From contig NW_005201269.1 in assembly GCF_000372725.1 (NCBI RefSeq), positions 310,001-367,524 on the forward strand: 57,524 bases of DNA, given 5' to 3'. Made by a program: the position numbers and the translations under genes. Source of the DNA: Emiliania huxleyi CCMP1516. Taxonomy: Eukaryota. Below are positions 22,899 through 33,850 of the stretch, in pieces. The first letter of the stretch is position 1. Every line of letters starts with the position of its first letter. Below the pieces are notes generated by a model. It had not been told where the DNA came from. It did not search any database and saw only the letters and a program-made list of their open reading frames with translations.

Positions 22899-24723
22899 TC
22901 ACGACCTCTCAAAGATCAGCTCGAGCCGTTCCAGCTTGAGCTGTTGCTGCTGCACTTGCACCTACAAAGGACCTCTTTCGATCAGAGCTCTGAGAGCGGC
23001 TCCGCATATACAACAAGCGATGGCGAGGAAGCATCTAGCGTGACGCCTGCAGCAGCTCGTTGGACCGTCGCAGCGACTCACTTGAGTTGCGCAGCCTCTC
23101 ATTCTCGAGCCGCAGCGCCGCCAGCTCGTGCTGCTCCGAGCGAGAGCAGCTTCCGCCGCCGCCCGCCCCTCCGCCCGCCCCTCCGCCAATCCCAGCGCCC
23201 CTGCCCGCATCGCCACGGGAGGACGAGGTGCCGGCCCACGCGGCGGCAAAAGGAGCAGCACTCTCCACCGCCACCACCGCGCCGGGCGCCTCATCTGACG
23301 CCGGCGCCGCCGACTCGGGGCTGGGCTCGCTGGGACGCGCGGCGTGCTCGCTCGAAAACCCGCGCGGGGCCGCACTCGCCGCGGCAAGGCGGCGGCCGAG
23401 GTCGGCGTTCTCCTCCTGCAGCGCCCGCATCGACGCCTGCAACTGCTGCAGCTGCAGACCTTGCGCGTCCACTTGCACCGTCGGCCGGTTCTGGATATTC
23501 TTCGCGCGCGAGGCAAAGAGGAGCGTGTTGGCCGTCTCCTCGAGCATGTGCAGGGAAGGGGACACGCAAGCGAGCATGAGCGTTCGGCCGTCGCCACCAA
23601 GGGAGTCCATGAGCAGCTTCGTCAGCTTCGAGTCGCGGTACGGGATGTGGCCTTGCCGTCTGCGCGCGTCGGACAGCGAGGAGATGACGTTGCCGAGCGC
23701 AAAGAGCGAGCGGTTGATGTGCCCCGTCTCGGAGGCCATCGCACCCTCGGAGCACGAGTCCTTGAGCCGCTCCGAGCCAGCGAGGTCGACCAGCGAGATG
23801 CGTCCGGTGCAGCCCGTGTTCGCGTCCTTTAGGTGCAGCGTCATGAGGCAATGCGAGCGCGACGAGTCCTTGTTGAGCTGGTGGCTCGACACCTTGCGAT
23901 TACGCGTCCCCTCAGCCAGCACGGCCATCGCGTCGCCGAGCGACTCGCATTCAACCTGCAGCAGGTTCTGCACGAACGGCCCGAGCCGCGCCTCGTGTCT
24001 CAGCTGCAGGTTGACCGACGCCGGATTGAGGAGGTCGTTGAGCTGCTCGTTGTAGATCTCGAGGTAAGACGCGCTGACGGTGACGCCCGCGTGCTCCCGC
24101 CCGTGGGCCGTGAGCTCAAAGAGATCGGACAGCACCCGTGGAATCAGGCCGTGCGGCCCATCGTCCAGGGACGCGGCCGCGGCCTCCCTCCCATAGTCGA
24201 TCGAGTCGGGGCCAGTCATCGTGAAGGTCTTTCCGGACCCTGTCTGGCCATACGCAAAGATGGTCACGGAGTAGCCACTTAGGGCGTCCATAAGCAGATT
24301 TCCCGCACGAGCGGCCTGGAAGACAGGCGCCTGCGCAGAGCCCGCAAGGCAGGCGTCGACCGTCAGTGAGCGCAGTGTGGTCAAGCCGTGGCTGCGGTCC
24401 ATGACGCCGCGGGAGCCCCTCGCGTGCCCCTCGTCCATCCACTGAACGGTGCAGCCGTCATCGGCGCAGTAGACGCACTCGACATCGCCGCGGGCTCGCT
24501 CGTCGTGAGAGAGGGGCCGCACGCGCACAACCACCTGGATGCTCTCGGAGCCGCCTGCTGGCGAGCTCGAAGATGGCCCCGGCCGAGAGTGGCCGTATGG
24601 GCTCGCCGAACGCGAAGGCGCAGCGGAGAGCGGGCTCTCGGAGCCAGGGGCGAATGCCCGTGCGCTGGGCGGCGAAATCATGCCATTGGGGACCGAGGTG
24701 GGCAGGAGCCCTCCCCGGCCCAT
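22899..24723 (-). CDS. Kinesin motor, KIF12-like, complement(join(22899..22961,23047..24723))
   Basis: VVVRVRP, FAYGQTGSGKT, YLEIYNE, SSRSH, LVDLAGSER, HIPYRDSKLT; coiled-coil tail completed after a GC-AG intron. Confidence 0.92.
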
Positions 24724-25097
24724 TTCTGCGACGCACCGCGCGCGAGCGTTTATCGTTACACTAGCAGACCTGGCGCGCACACCACGCGCGAGCCGATTTG
24801 TTTTTCTGATGTCTTGGAGGAGAGACAGTATCGGGTAATGAATTTTTATCTACATATCACTCTGAATCATCCCAGAGTGGTTCAATAACATGCCGCCTCT
24901 CGAGCGGAGCAGTATCGCCACGTGCGCGGAAGTTGCGCTTGTAGTTGTCCCACTGGTCATTCTGCTCCTCAATCAAGGCTGCCGGTGAGCTCCTTGCATG
25001 TGTGCTCCCTGTACCACCGCGCGCGGTGCCGATGATATGCTTTCTGCCCGTGCTCACCGAGGTCGTACTCGGAGCGCTCCGGTGGCCATTTGCCCTA

Positions 25098-25208
25098 GGT
25101 GAGGAGGCGGAGGAGGTGAGAGGCGGAGGAGGTGAGGAGGCGGAGGAGGTGAGGAGGCGAAGGAGGTGAGGAGGCGGAGGAGGTGAGGAGGCGGAGGAGG
25201 TGAGAGGC
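25098..25208. repeat. Purine-rich minisatellite (ggtgaggaggcggagga units)
   Basis: Direct inspection. Confidence 0.85.
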
Positions 25209-26050
25209 GGGGCTCACCTTCTCGGTGTCCTCGCGCGAGGGCCGGTGAGGCCGGCGAGATTCGTTGCGTGGCTTGCGTCTTGCGAGATACGGTTCGCGCC
25301 CAAACAAGTTTGGACGCTCTGGGACGCGCCGCAAAATCAAGAAAGCCGATGGAAAGGGGGCTACTGGGGCGGCCAAATTCACACCTCGCGGGACTACTTA
25401 TGTTTTCGTAAACGTAGTCGTGGCCCCCCGCTACGTCGCACGACTGCGACTGGGTAGCGGGGGGCTATAAACTACACCTGCATCAGCCTGGCCTACACGG
25501 CGAGCGGCAAGAGTCTAACAGTGGGCATTTCGATTGCGGGCTTCTTCGAGGTAGATGCCACGGCCCTCTCTTTGGCATCAAGGGGATGAAAGTAAACGCT
25601 CTTGGAGCACTTGGAGTGCAGTCAGTAACCTCACATCCAGGGCCGGGGAGCTGAGAAGTAAAGAAATCGTACTGAGAGTCGCCGTCCAGCGCGACCGACA
25701 TCGGCGGCGCGGGGTCGCCACCGGCGGCGAGGGGAGCGGCGTCGAGGGGGTCGGCCGACGGCGGCGAGGAGGCTGTGGTTCTGTGTACATCACATTGACA
25801 CACACGTACACTAGCTAGCACGTACAGCAAGCTACGACGGCATATGCATATGTGCATTGGCATAGACAGAGACAAGATGCAGAGACAGTGGCCCACTGGA
25901 GGGTAGAGACAGGGGCATGGGCAGAGGCAGATACATACCAGGTCAGAGACAGAAACAGGGACAGGCCGACGACCAGCCTAAAGCCGTAGCTCGCCTCCGC
26001 CTCGCCTTCACCGACCTCGGCCAGCGCGCTGCTGCTCGCACACGCGCGCT

Positions 26051-28405
26051 CTACACAGCCGTTGGCACACGTGGGTAAAACATGTTGACGCCCTGGTCCG
26101 AGTACGAGGCGGGCGGAAGCGGCTTGTTTGGCCCCGGCTGCGCGATGCTTGCGGGGTCGGCTGCAATCGCAGTCGCGCAGATGGAGTACAGGTCCATGTC
26201 CTTGAAGCGCGCCCAGACGTCCCTCGGCACCTTCCGGAGGCAGTCCTGCTCCCGCACGCCGATGTTATAGACGAGCGTCGACACCATCCGAAACATGCTC
26301 TGCGTCATGAACGAGCGCTCCGGGTCGTACTCGCCCTTCACCGGAGCATTGTATCCCACGTAGAGGTCGATATCGTCCGGGTGCTCGTAGACGGCGGCGA
26401 GCTTGGCGTCCCACGGTGCGGCAAACTGGTCGAAGCTGGTGATGGGAGGGAGGTGGATTGCTGCGCGCACCTGGTTGAACGACCCCACGCGCTGCCCGCG
26501 GCTGCGCTCGACAACCTTCATCTCAAAGTTGAGGAGGTAGGAGGGGGTGTTGCCGAGGGTCTGGAGCGAGGATGGCGCGACTTGCGCCGCGTGCAAAAGC
26601 TCGCGCAGCGTCGGGCCCGTCGCGGCGTCGGTCCAGTTGCCGGGCTTGGCGATCCACTTCTCGGAATACGACCCGAGCGGGCCGAGCTCCTCTGGCGGCA
26701 TGGCGTGCCACATGTACGACGTTTCGTACTCGAGACCCGCCGAGGCGCCCGTGAACAAGTCGCCTGTCAGATGCTTGGCCACGTTCAGGCCGGCGACCAT
26801 CGGCGAGTAGCGGTTGAGCGGAACGTTGAGGGCCGCGACCTGAGCGTTGACCTCGCGCACAGTGCCGCCGTTGAGGAAGCCGACGTACTCGCGACGGACC
26901 ACCTGAAAGAAGAGGAAGGTGAGGAGCTGCTTCGTGCTCTCGAAGATCCGGGGCCCGTCAAACTCGGGGTGCATCTTGCGAATCTCGACCGCCAGCACGT
27001 TGTGCACCGACTGGGCGCAAGAGAGCATGAAGTACATCCCCACGTGCACGTTCGTGTGGTTGCTGCCCGAAGCCCAGACGTTGGCTTTGAGCTTGCCGAA
27101 CTTCAACGGCGGGCGTGAGAGGGGCGTGAGAGGGGGAGCGGCGGGCGTGAGACAGAGACAGAGACAGAGACAGAGACAGAGACAGAGACAGAGTCGAGGG
27201 GCGTGAGAGGGAGGGGGAGCGGCGGGCGTGAGAGGGGCGTGAGAGGGGTATGAGAGGGGCGAGGAGGTGGGCGAGCGAACACGGGCGAGCGTGTGGCGTG
27301 TGTGAGGGTGAGGCATGCCTTGAGCGTGTCGCTAGACTCCGGGGAGAAGGGGCCATTGTCGGCGTCCATGTATCGCAGCGGCCTGCCCGAGGAGTTGACG
27401 CGGACGGTGCCATCCTCCTTGTTCATCAGAAAGGCCTGCTGCTCCTTGGTTTGCCCGTACACGAACCCCATGTCGAAGTCGCCCGAGAAGTTGCGGGTGT
27501 AGTGCTCGCCGTCGGTCAGCACGCCGGACTGGAACCAAGTGGCGATGAAGAAATTGACCGTCCACATGGCGAGCACATTCGTGCGCGGGTTCTGCGGGGC
27601 CGGCCCGGCCGGCCACAGCGGCGGAGAGTCTCCCGTGGGCGGGACGCCGGGGCCCGTCACGCCAGCCTCCTCCAAGCACTGCGCCCACGGCGCGGCGTTC
27701 TCACTCTCGGGGTCGCCTCGATCAAACAGAGTCTTGACCTTCTCCGGCGCTGGGAGCCGCCCGCCATCCCCTGCCCGCTCAGGCGTGCGCGCGCCGCGGG
27801 TCCAGTCGAACCACTCCTCCTTCGCCTACGGCCAAAGACGAGGCACATCGGAGCGACGCTGCTCGACCGCGACGGCATCATCACGACCTAGCACGCACCA
27901 GCTTGTTTAGCGTGTAGACCCACGGCGTGATAGCGGGCCAGCTGGGGTTCGCAGTCAGCGGGTACCAGAAACGGCCAGCGGCGAGCACGCCGGTGTACAT
28001 GGTCAAGTAAGGCATGTAACGTGCAGAGACGTGGTGGATGAGGGATGGCGGTATCACGAGGGTGAAGAAGTCCCAGAGCCGGTCGTTTGGATCGCCGCAA
28101 CAGCACGCGCACTTTATTACGGCGTCGCAAATCAGCGTCACCGGCGTGCAGCAGAAAAGTCCACCCGGGCAGCAGCCAGCGGCGCAGGCAATGCCGACCG
28201 GCAACTCGAAGAGGCAGTTCATGCAGCAGCAGCACGCCGCATCGCACGGGCGACACAGAGAAGGGCAGCTATCAGGCGGGTAGTGCGAGTACTCTTCCTG
28301 GCGCGTCATCTCCGCCTGCTTGGGCGCCTCTATGCGACGCTCCTCCCGCTTCTGCTTGACGTAGCCCGCGGGCGGACGCGGGACATTTGGTCGCGCGATC
28401 ACCAT
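26051..28405 (-). CDS. Cyclooxygenase/fatty-acid-dioxygenase-like heme peroxidase, complement(join(26051..27100,27319..27825,27899..28405))
   Basis: Collinear COX-like segments: FDMGFVYG, HNVLAVEIRKMHPEFDGPRIF, EYETSYMWH, RSRGQRVGSFNQVR, VYEHPDDIDLYVG. Confidence 0.85.
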
Positions 28406-29414
28406 CGCGCGCGGCCGCGCCGTTTATAGTCGATAGTTCGATAGTTCGAGCGCGTCCGAGAGGGTGTTTTGGATCTGCGAGGGCGCAGGCGGCGGCGGCG
28501 CGGGGCGAGCGTCAGCAGCATAAAATGGGATGAGCACGGCGCGGGCTTGTTTTGGGGGTCGCGGGGGCGCAGTAGGCACGGAGGCGACCCGCGGCTCAGC
28601 AGCGCTCCGACCGCGATCCGATTGTGCCAGATTCGCCTCGATACTCGGATCGATCCGCTCGCACGGCGGTCGCAGCACGGCGTGCAGCCAGGCACGGGCT
28701 CGCTGCAGTGGTGGTTGTGGGGCGAGGCGAGAGGGCACGCGCGGGGGCAGCTCTCATCTCGCGCCGCGTCGCGCCGGGCGAGGGGCGAGGCGAGAGGCAA
28801 TCACCGCGTACCGGGTAGGCGCGGATGCAACCGTGTTGTGATGGCTCGTGATGTGCCCCACTCGAGTAGCCGATCCCCTTCCTGCCCCGGGTGTGAAACC
28901 CACACTGCCTCTCACAGCAGACTGGCTCGGACTGGCACTACAAAAGCCCCTTATGACTGGCGTACTCTTCCGGCTGACCCCCCCCCCCCACCAATCCTCC
29001 CCGCCCGGGCTCTGGCTCCTCCTCCTTCGCTAGCGCCCTCGCCCCCCGCCGGCGGTGATTCCGTGCCCCCTCCCCGCCCCCCGTTTACAACCAAACTCCC
29101 TCGCACGACACCGGGCATAAGAAGCGGCGCAACGAGCTGGCTGCTGCCGACAAACACTGCAGTTGTATTTGCTACCTCACGCGCTCCGTCGCCACCTTAA
29201 TTAATAACACCTTGAGCTCTCTGCCCCTCGAGCCCGGATCGGCTGCCACCAGCACTCGAGATGGCCGGACTACCGATCGTCATCCCCCCCTACATCCCCT
29301 TTTGCTCGCTCTGCATCCCTGCGCGTGGCTATGCTGTGTGTGTGCGGTCCCTCGAAGGGTAGGTAGGCCAGCCGGGCATCGATGGACGACATGGATGTCA
29401 GCAAGCAGTGAGCG

Positions 29415-30847
29415 GGGGCAGGGGCGGCTCAGGATCACAGACATCCCTCTCAGGATCACAGCACTGGCGGGGGCGCGCCTCAGGATCAAGCACCCACGGC
29501 AGGGTCTGTGGGGATCAGCAGACCTTGAGGGGGCGCGCTGAGGATCATAGGCCTGAGAGGGGTGCTGTCAAGATCACAGGGCTGCAAAGGGTGGCACTCG
29601 AGATCAGAGCGCCAAAATAGGTGCAATACAGATCAGCGGCCGTAAGTGGGCGCAATACAGATCACGAGCGCCGGAACGGGTGCAATATAGATCATGAGGG
29701 TTTTGTGGTCTGTGCGCGGACGGCCCGGGGAGCCTGCGGCGCTATTTTAACCTGCCCCGACAGAGTCTCTCGATACGGCGCGCGGCGGCGCCGCACCCAG
29801 CAAGCTGGGACCGCTCCTTACGGACTCGTCGCTGCGCTCCTCAAGGCAAACACGGAGCGCGCTGCGCGTGCGGTCTACGCCGAATACTGCGGCCGCCGTC
29901 ACGACTGCCATCCTCGGCGGCGCCGAGCGCGCGAGCGGCGCCGATGGCCAGCCCGGCGCCACCTCCCAGCGACAAGCGCATGAGCGACAGGACGCGCATG
30001 AGCCGGTCCAGCGCACGTGATTGGGCGCGCGACGGTTTGAGCACGGGGGGGGTCATAACAAACACGGTACAGGATCGAGGTGCACGCTGCCGAAGCAGTG
30101 TCGTCCCCCCTCTCCCCGACGGTGATAGCGGTGTGACCGACCGAGCTACAAGAGGAACTTGTTCTGCAGGATCCGGGATAGTCAGACGCACTACCTCACT
30201 GGGCCTGAGACCGCCCACGACGTTTCCCATCACCGTCTCGGGTTTGTGGGGATTCGAACCACTCCGGAATGGGCAGGCCCATCGATTGAATCATTGTTTT
30301 CCACCTGTGGAGAGAGAGAGAAGGGGGGGGGGGGGTGGGGGGGGGGGGGGGGGGGTTCCTTTCCCTTTTTTTTAAGGGGGCAAGGGCCTTTGGGTTTTTG
30401 GGGGGGGGGGGGGGGGCCAAGGGGGGGGGGGGGCCCCCCCCTTTCACGGGGGGTTTTTTTCCCTCGGGAAGGTTTTTAAACCCAAAAAACCGGGGTTTCC
30501 AACCCCCCCCCCTTCCGGGGGGAATCCTTTTAAAGGCCCCCTTTGGCCCAGGGGGTTTTTGGAGAAAATTTCCCCCATTTCCGGCCCCGTGATCTGTATT
30601 GCGCCCACTTCCGGCCGCTGATCGGTATTGCACCTATTTTGGCGCTCTGATCTCGAGTGCCACCCTTTGCAGCCCTGTGATCTTGACAGCACCCCTCTCA
30701 GGCCTATGATCCTCAGCGCGCCCCCTCAAGGTCTGCTGATCCCCACAGACCCTGCCGTGGGTGCTTGATCCTGAGGCACGCCCCCCCGCCCCCGCCGGTG
30801 CTGTGATCCTGAGAGGGGTGTCTGTGATCCTGAGAGAGGCTTATCTG
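29415..30847. mobile_element. Foldback/MULE-like non-autonomous element with ~240-bp TIRs built from GATCA units
   Basis: 29430-29667 is the inverted repeat of 30588-30835; 9-10 bp TSD (G)CAGTGAGCG at 29406-29414 and 30848-30856. Confidence 0.75.
30072..30240 (+). repeat. ~170-bp dispersed repeat; second copy at ~55234-55400
   Basis: Shared ggatcgaggtgcacgctgc...gagctacaagaggaacttgttc...cactacctcactgggcctgagacc. Confidence 0.85.
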
Positions 30848-31606
30848 CAGTGAGCGTGCGCCTCTTCCCATCCCAGCCCACTCTCTCGCAACATACCACC
30901 CTCTCCTTTCCCGCAGCGGCGATCCGGATGGCAGCGTTTCCGAGTCTACCGATATTAGCAAGCACTGACCCCGTGGGGACATGGACGACAACGCGTCGAA
31001 GGCGAGCGAGGACATCGCCCCTTCGCCGGCTCGAACACGGCCAAGGGCGAGGAGCGAGGTGTTGGACGGAGAGCTGGTGTGGACGTCTCGTGCTCTGCCA
31101 CACGAGTGCGCCCTGCGATAAAAAAGCTCTAAAGGGTGGCGAGATATTGGTAGAGTTGGGGGGTGCGTGTTGTCCCCTGTTGTGATGTGAGTGCGTGATC
31201 TGTATATCTGGCAGCTGCTGGCCCCCATGGTGCACACATGGACATTGTGCGCCGCTGCCAAGTGAGTGCTGAGCACGCCCTTGGCCTTGCTTGTCGATTC
31301 CTTGCATGGGCTCCCAAGGGTGTGGTGGTGGGCCCGCGCGCGGGCCATATCGGCACATCTCTCGCGGCCCTACTCTCTCCGAAGAGACGAACTCTCTCTC
31401 TCGAGAGTCTCTCGCCTCTCGGTGTGTCAATTTACAATTAAGAATTATTATTTCGGGGGTGGGCAAAACTAGGGGTGCAATTGATTATTGTTTCGGCTCG
31501 ACGGATGCACTCAGCCGTCACATTCGCTCCACGCGATCCATTGTACCTCCCCACACTCGCTGGTGGCCGCCTCAGCCGCGCCGGCGAGAGAGCGACGAGG
31601 TGGGAG

Positions 31607-32461
31607 CTAATACGACGAGACCTCCGGCCCGCAGGGCGGCCCCCGGTACGGCGCCGAGGCGATGACGAGACCGCTCGGCCACGGCACCTCGCGCAGCTCG
31701 ACGGCGTTGTCCTCCTGCGCCGCGGCGGAGTAGTAATGGCACGAGCGGCCGGCAAAGTCGTTGTACGGCGGCGTGAGCACGTCAAAGACGGCGGTATCCT
31801 GAGGCCAGATCGGGCGCGCAGCTGTGAGCGCTCCGCGCGCGGCGGTTGGGTGTGGGGGGGGAGGCCAGCATGAGGTCTCCTCGAGTGCGACAAACTCGTG
31901 GATGTTGCCGCGGAGCGGGTCGAGGCGCAGCGGCGGCGCCGGCGCGCGGACCACGCGCTCCGTCGGCGGCGCGCACCGCATCCGCCTCTCGCCCGTCTGC
32001 CTTCCCGCCAGCCGACCGAGGAGCGCGCCTGGCCCGCCGCCGCCGGCCGCGAGCGGCTCACCGGCGTCGTACGAGGTGACGTGAAGCGAGCCATACAGCA
32101 GCTGAGAGAGGACGCTCATTCCCGGGTGGTCGTGCAACGGGATCGACGCGCCCGCCGGAAGCACAAAGATGCCAATCGAGAGCGCCGCATCGGCATAGAC
32201 GTGCATATAGCTTATCCGCGGCGGCCCGGCGCCACGGCGCGGGCGGCTCGGCCCGGGGCGCGCAAGCCCGACACTCTCCGGCGTGAGATCCGCCATCGCC
32301 GCGCAAGCGCCGTCCAGGTCTTGCGCACACGCTCGCTGGTAGATGTGCTGCACGAGGGCCGTTGGCGAGGCAGTTGCAGCCGCCGAGGCGGTCCTGACAG
32401 ATCGGAGGCGCAGTATTGGACGCGAGGGCGAGAGGCCGAGCAGGACGCTCAGCAGAGCCAT
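31607..32461 (-). CDS. Plant cysteine oxidase / cysteamine dioxygenase (PCO/ADO, DUF1637 cupin)
   Basis: SIGIFVLPAGASIPLHDHPGM, GNIHEF, FDVLTPPY...RSCHYY; probable 81-nt intron at 31799-31879. Confidence 0.9.
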   Translation of the reverse strand: MALLSVLLGLSPSRPILRLRSVRTASAAATASPTALVQHIYQRACAQDLDGACAAMADLTPESVGLARPGPSRPRRGAGPPRISYMHVYADAALSIGIFVLPAGASIPLHDHPGMSVLSQLLYGSLHVTSYDAGEPLAAGGGGPGALLGRLAGRQTGERRMRCAPPTERVVRAPAPPLRLDPLRGNIHEFVALEETSCWPPPPHPTAARGALTAARPIWPQDTAVFDVLTPPYNDFAGRSCHYYSAAAQEDNAVELREVPWPSGLVIASAPYRGPPCGPEVSSY

Positions 32462-32529
32462 TTTCGAGAGCTAAACGCGGAAAAAGCAGAAAAAATTATG
32501 TTGTCACTGTCCGTTTTGCTGTTCACAGC

Positions 32530-33000
32530 TAGGGACGAACCAGCTGCTCGCCGGCAACTTCGCGGTGATGAAGGGGCTGCCGCGCGAGGAGGCGGGCATC
32601 TCGGACAATCTCGGCGCATCTCGGCGCATCTCGGCGCATCTCGGCGCATTTTGGCGCATCTCGGCGCGTATCGAGCAGGCGCTCGTCTTCTTCCGCGACG
32701 TGACCACGTTCCGCACCCTGCTCGCGGTGCTGGTGGGCCATGGCGCCGCTGTTGCCGCGCGTGGTCGCCGAGCTGGTCGGGCCGCTCGAGCTGCTCGAGT
32801 TCGGGGGCCACTTCGTCTTGCTCGGCCTCTACACGCTGCTGCATTCGGCGGCCGAGGCGGGCGGCTCGCGCGGCGGCCGCCACAGCGACTTCTTCGTCGT
32901 GTCCGCCCTCGTTTGGAAGCGGCCTCGAGGCGGCGGAGGCGGAGGCGGCGGCGGCGGTGGGGAGAGAGGTGGAGGTGGAGGAGGAAGAGACGCCGTGGTG
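32530..33000 (+). other. Possible gene fragment of unknown product with an intron-like 10-bp repeat (tcggcgcatc)n
   Basis: Coding-like blocks (ALVFFRDVTTFRTLL; LELLEFGGHFVLLGLY) in different frames. Confidence 0.3.
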
Positions 33001-33850
33001 GAGGCGGCCGCCGCGGACGTGGCCGCCGCGGATCGACGACTTTTAAGCAAAAAAAATCCAAGAGAGGGGTTGGAGGGCGGGAGAATCCAAAAAAGCCGTC
33101 CAAAAAGCCACAAAAAGCCAGCGAGCCTCCCGTTACGCGATTGCCGCGAAGCGCAGCATGATGCGTGGCCAGCTTGGGAGGCTGCGCCGCTGTCAGAGGC
33201 GGCCGCCACTGTGAGGTCTCGAGGGCCGACCGGCCGGGCGAGCATCCGCGCTGCCGACGACGTGCTCGAGGCTGACCTTCAGAGCGACGAGATTCTCGCA
33301 TGCTTTGAGGAGGCGCTCGGCGAACGGCAGCCAGAGATGGGAACGGATGCTGCAGCAGGGCGAGAGGCGAACGCCGAGAGTAAATCGCGGCGCGGCCGTC
33401 GGTTGGGCGCCTGGTAAAACGGCCGCACGTGAACATGGGGCACGGTAATGGATGGGATAGGTAGAGCGGTTTAGTGGTCCGAAGGAATCAAGGCAGGGCA
33501 GTGAGCTCGCAGGCTGCTCAGTCGCCGTCGCCGCGTGTCAAGTCAGGACAGAGCTCAGAGGACACGCCCGGCCGCTGCGGCGTCTGTGGCTGAATGAGGT
33601 GCAGTGTTCCCGTGTCGGGAGTCGTGGTTGACACTCTGAGTTGACGGGGTCTAGAGTTGATTGTTGCAACTGGGTGAGTGGGTGTGCGCGAGCGGCGCCC
33701 ACCTACAGTAGCGGGGGACATGGAGATGGCTCCTGACCAACCGAGGTTCATACGAGACCGTGGTAAAAGAATTCTTGGCGCCCTCGCGTGACAAGCGCTC
33801 CAATCGCCGAGCCCCTTGCCGACCTCCGTTCAGTGCCTTGCTGTGTGTAG

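Noticed and set aside
21531..24282. Long antisense ORFs over MTR3 and kinesin, and similar ones elsewhere
   Set aside because: Expected shadow ORFs in very GC-rich coding DNA; Arg/Ala/Pro-rich with no motifs.
29430..29700. CRISPR-like repeat/spacer pattern
   Set aside because: The constant part is only ~5 bp, linkers are related to each other, and the array is mirrored as a TIR.
30320..30590. G-quadruplex or homopolymer-rich element
   Set aside because: Nearly every run is expanded, typical of low-quality read ends; probably an artefact.
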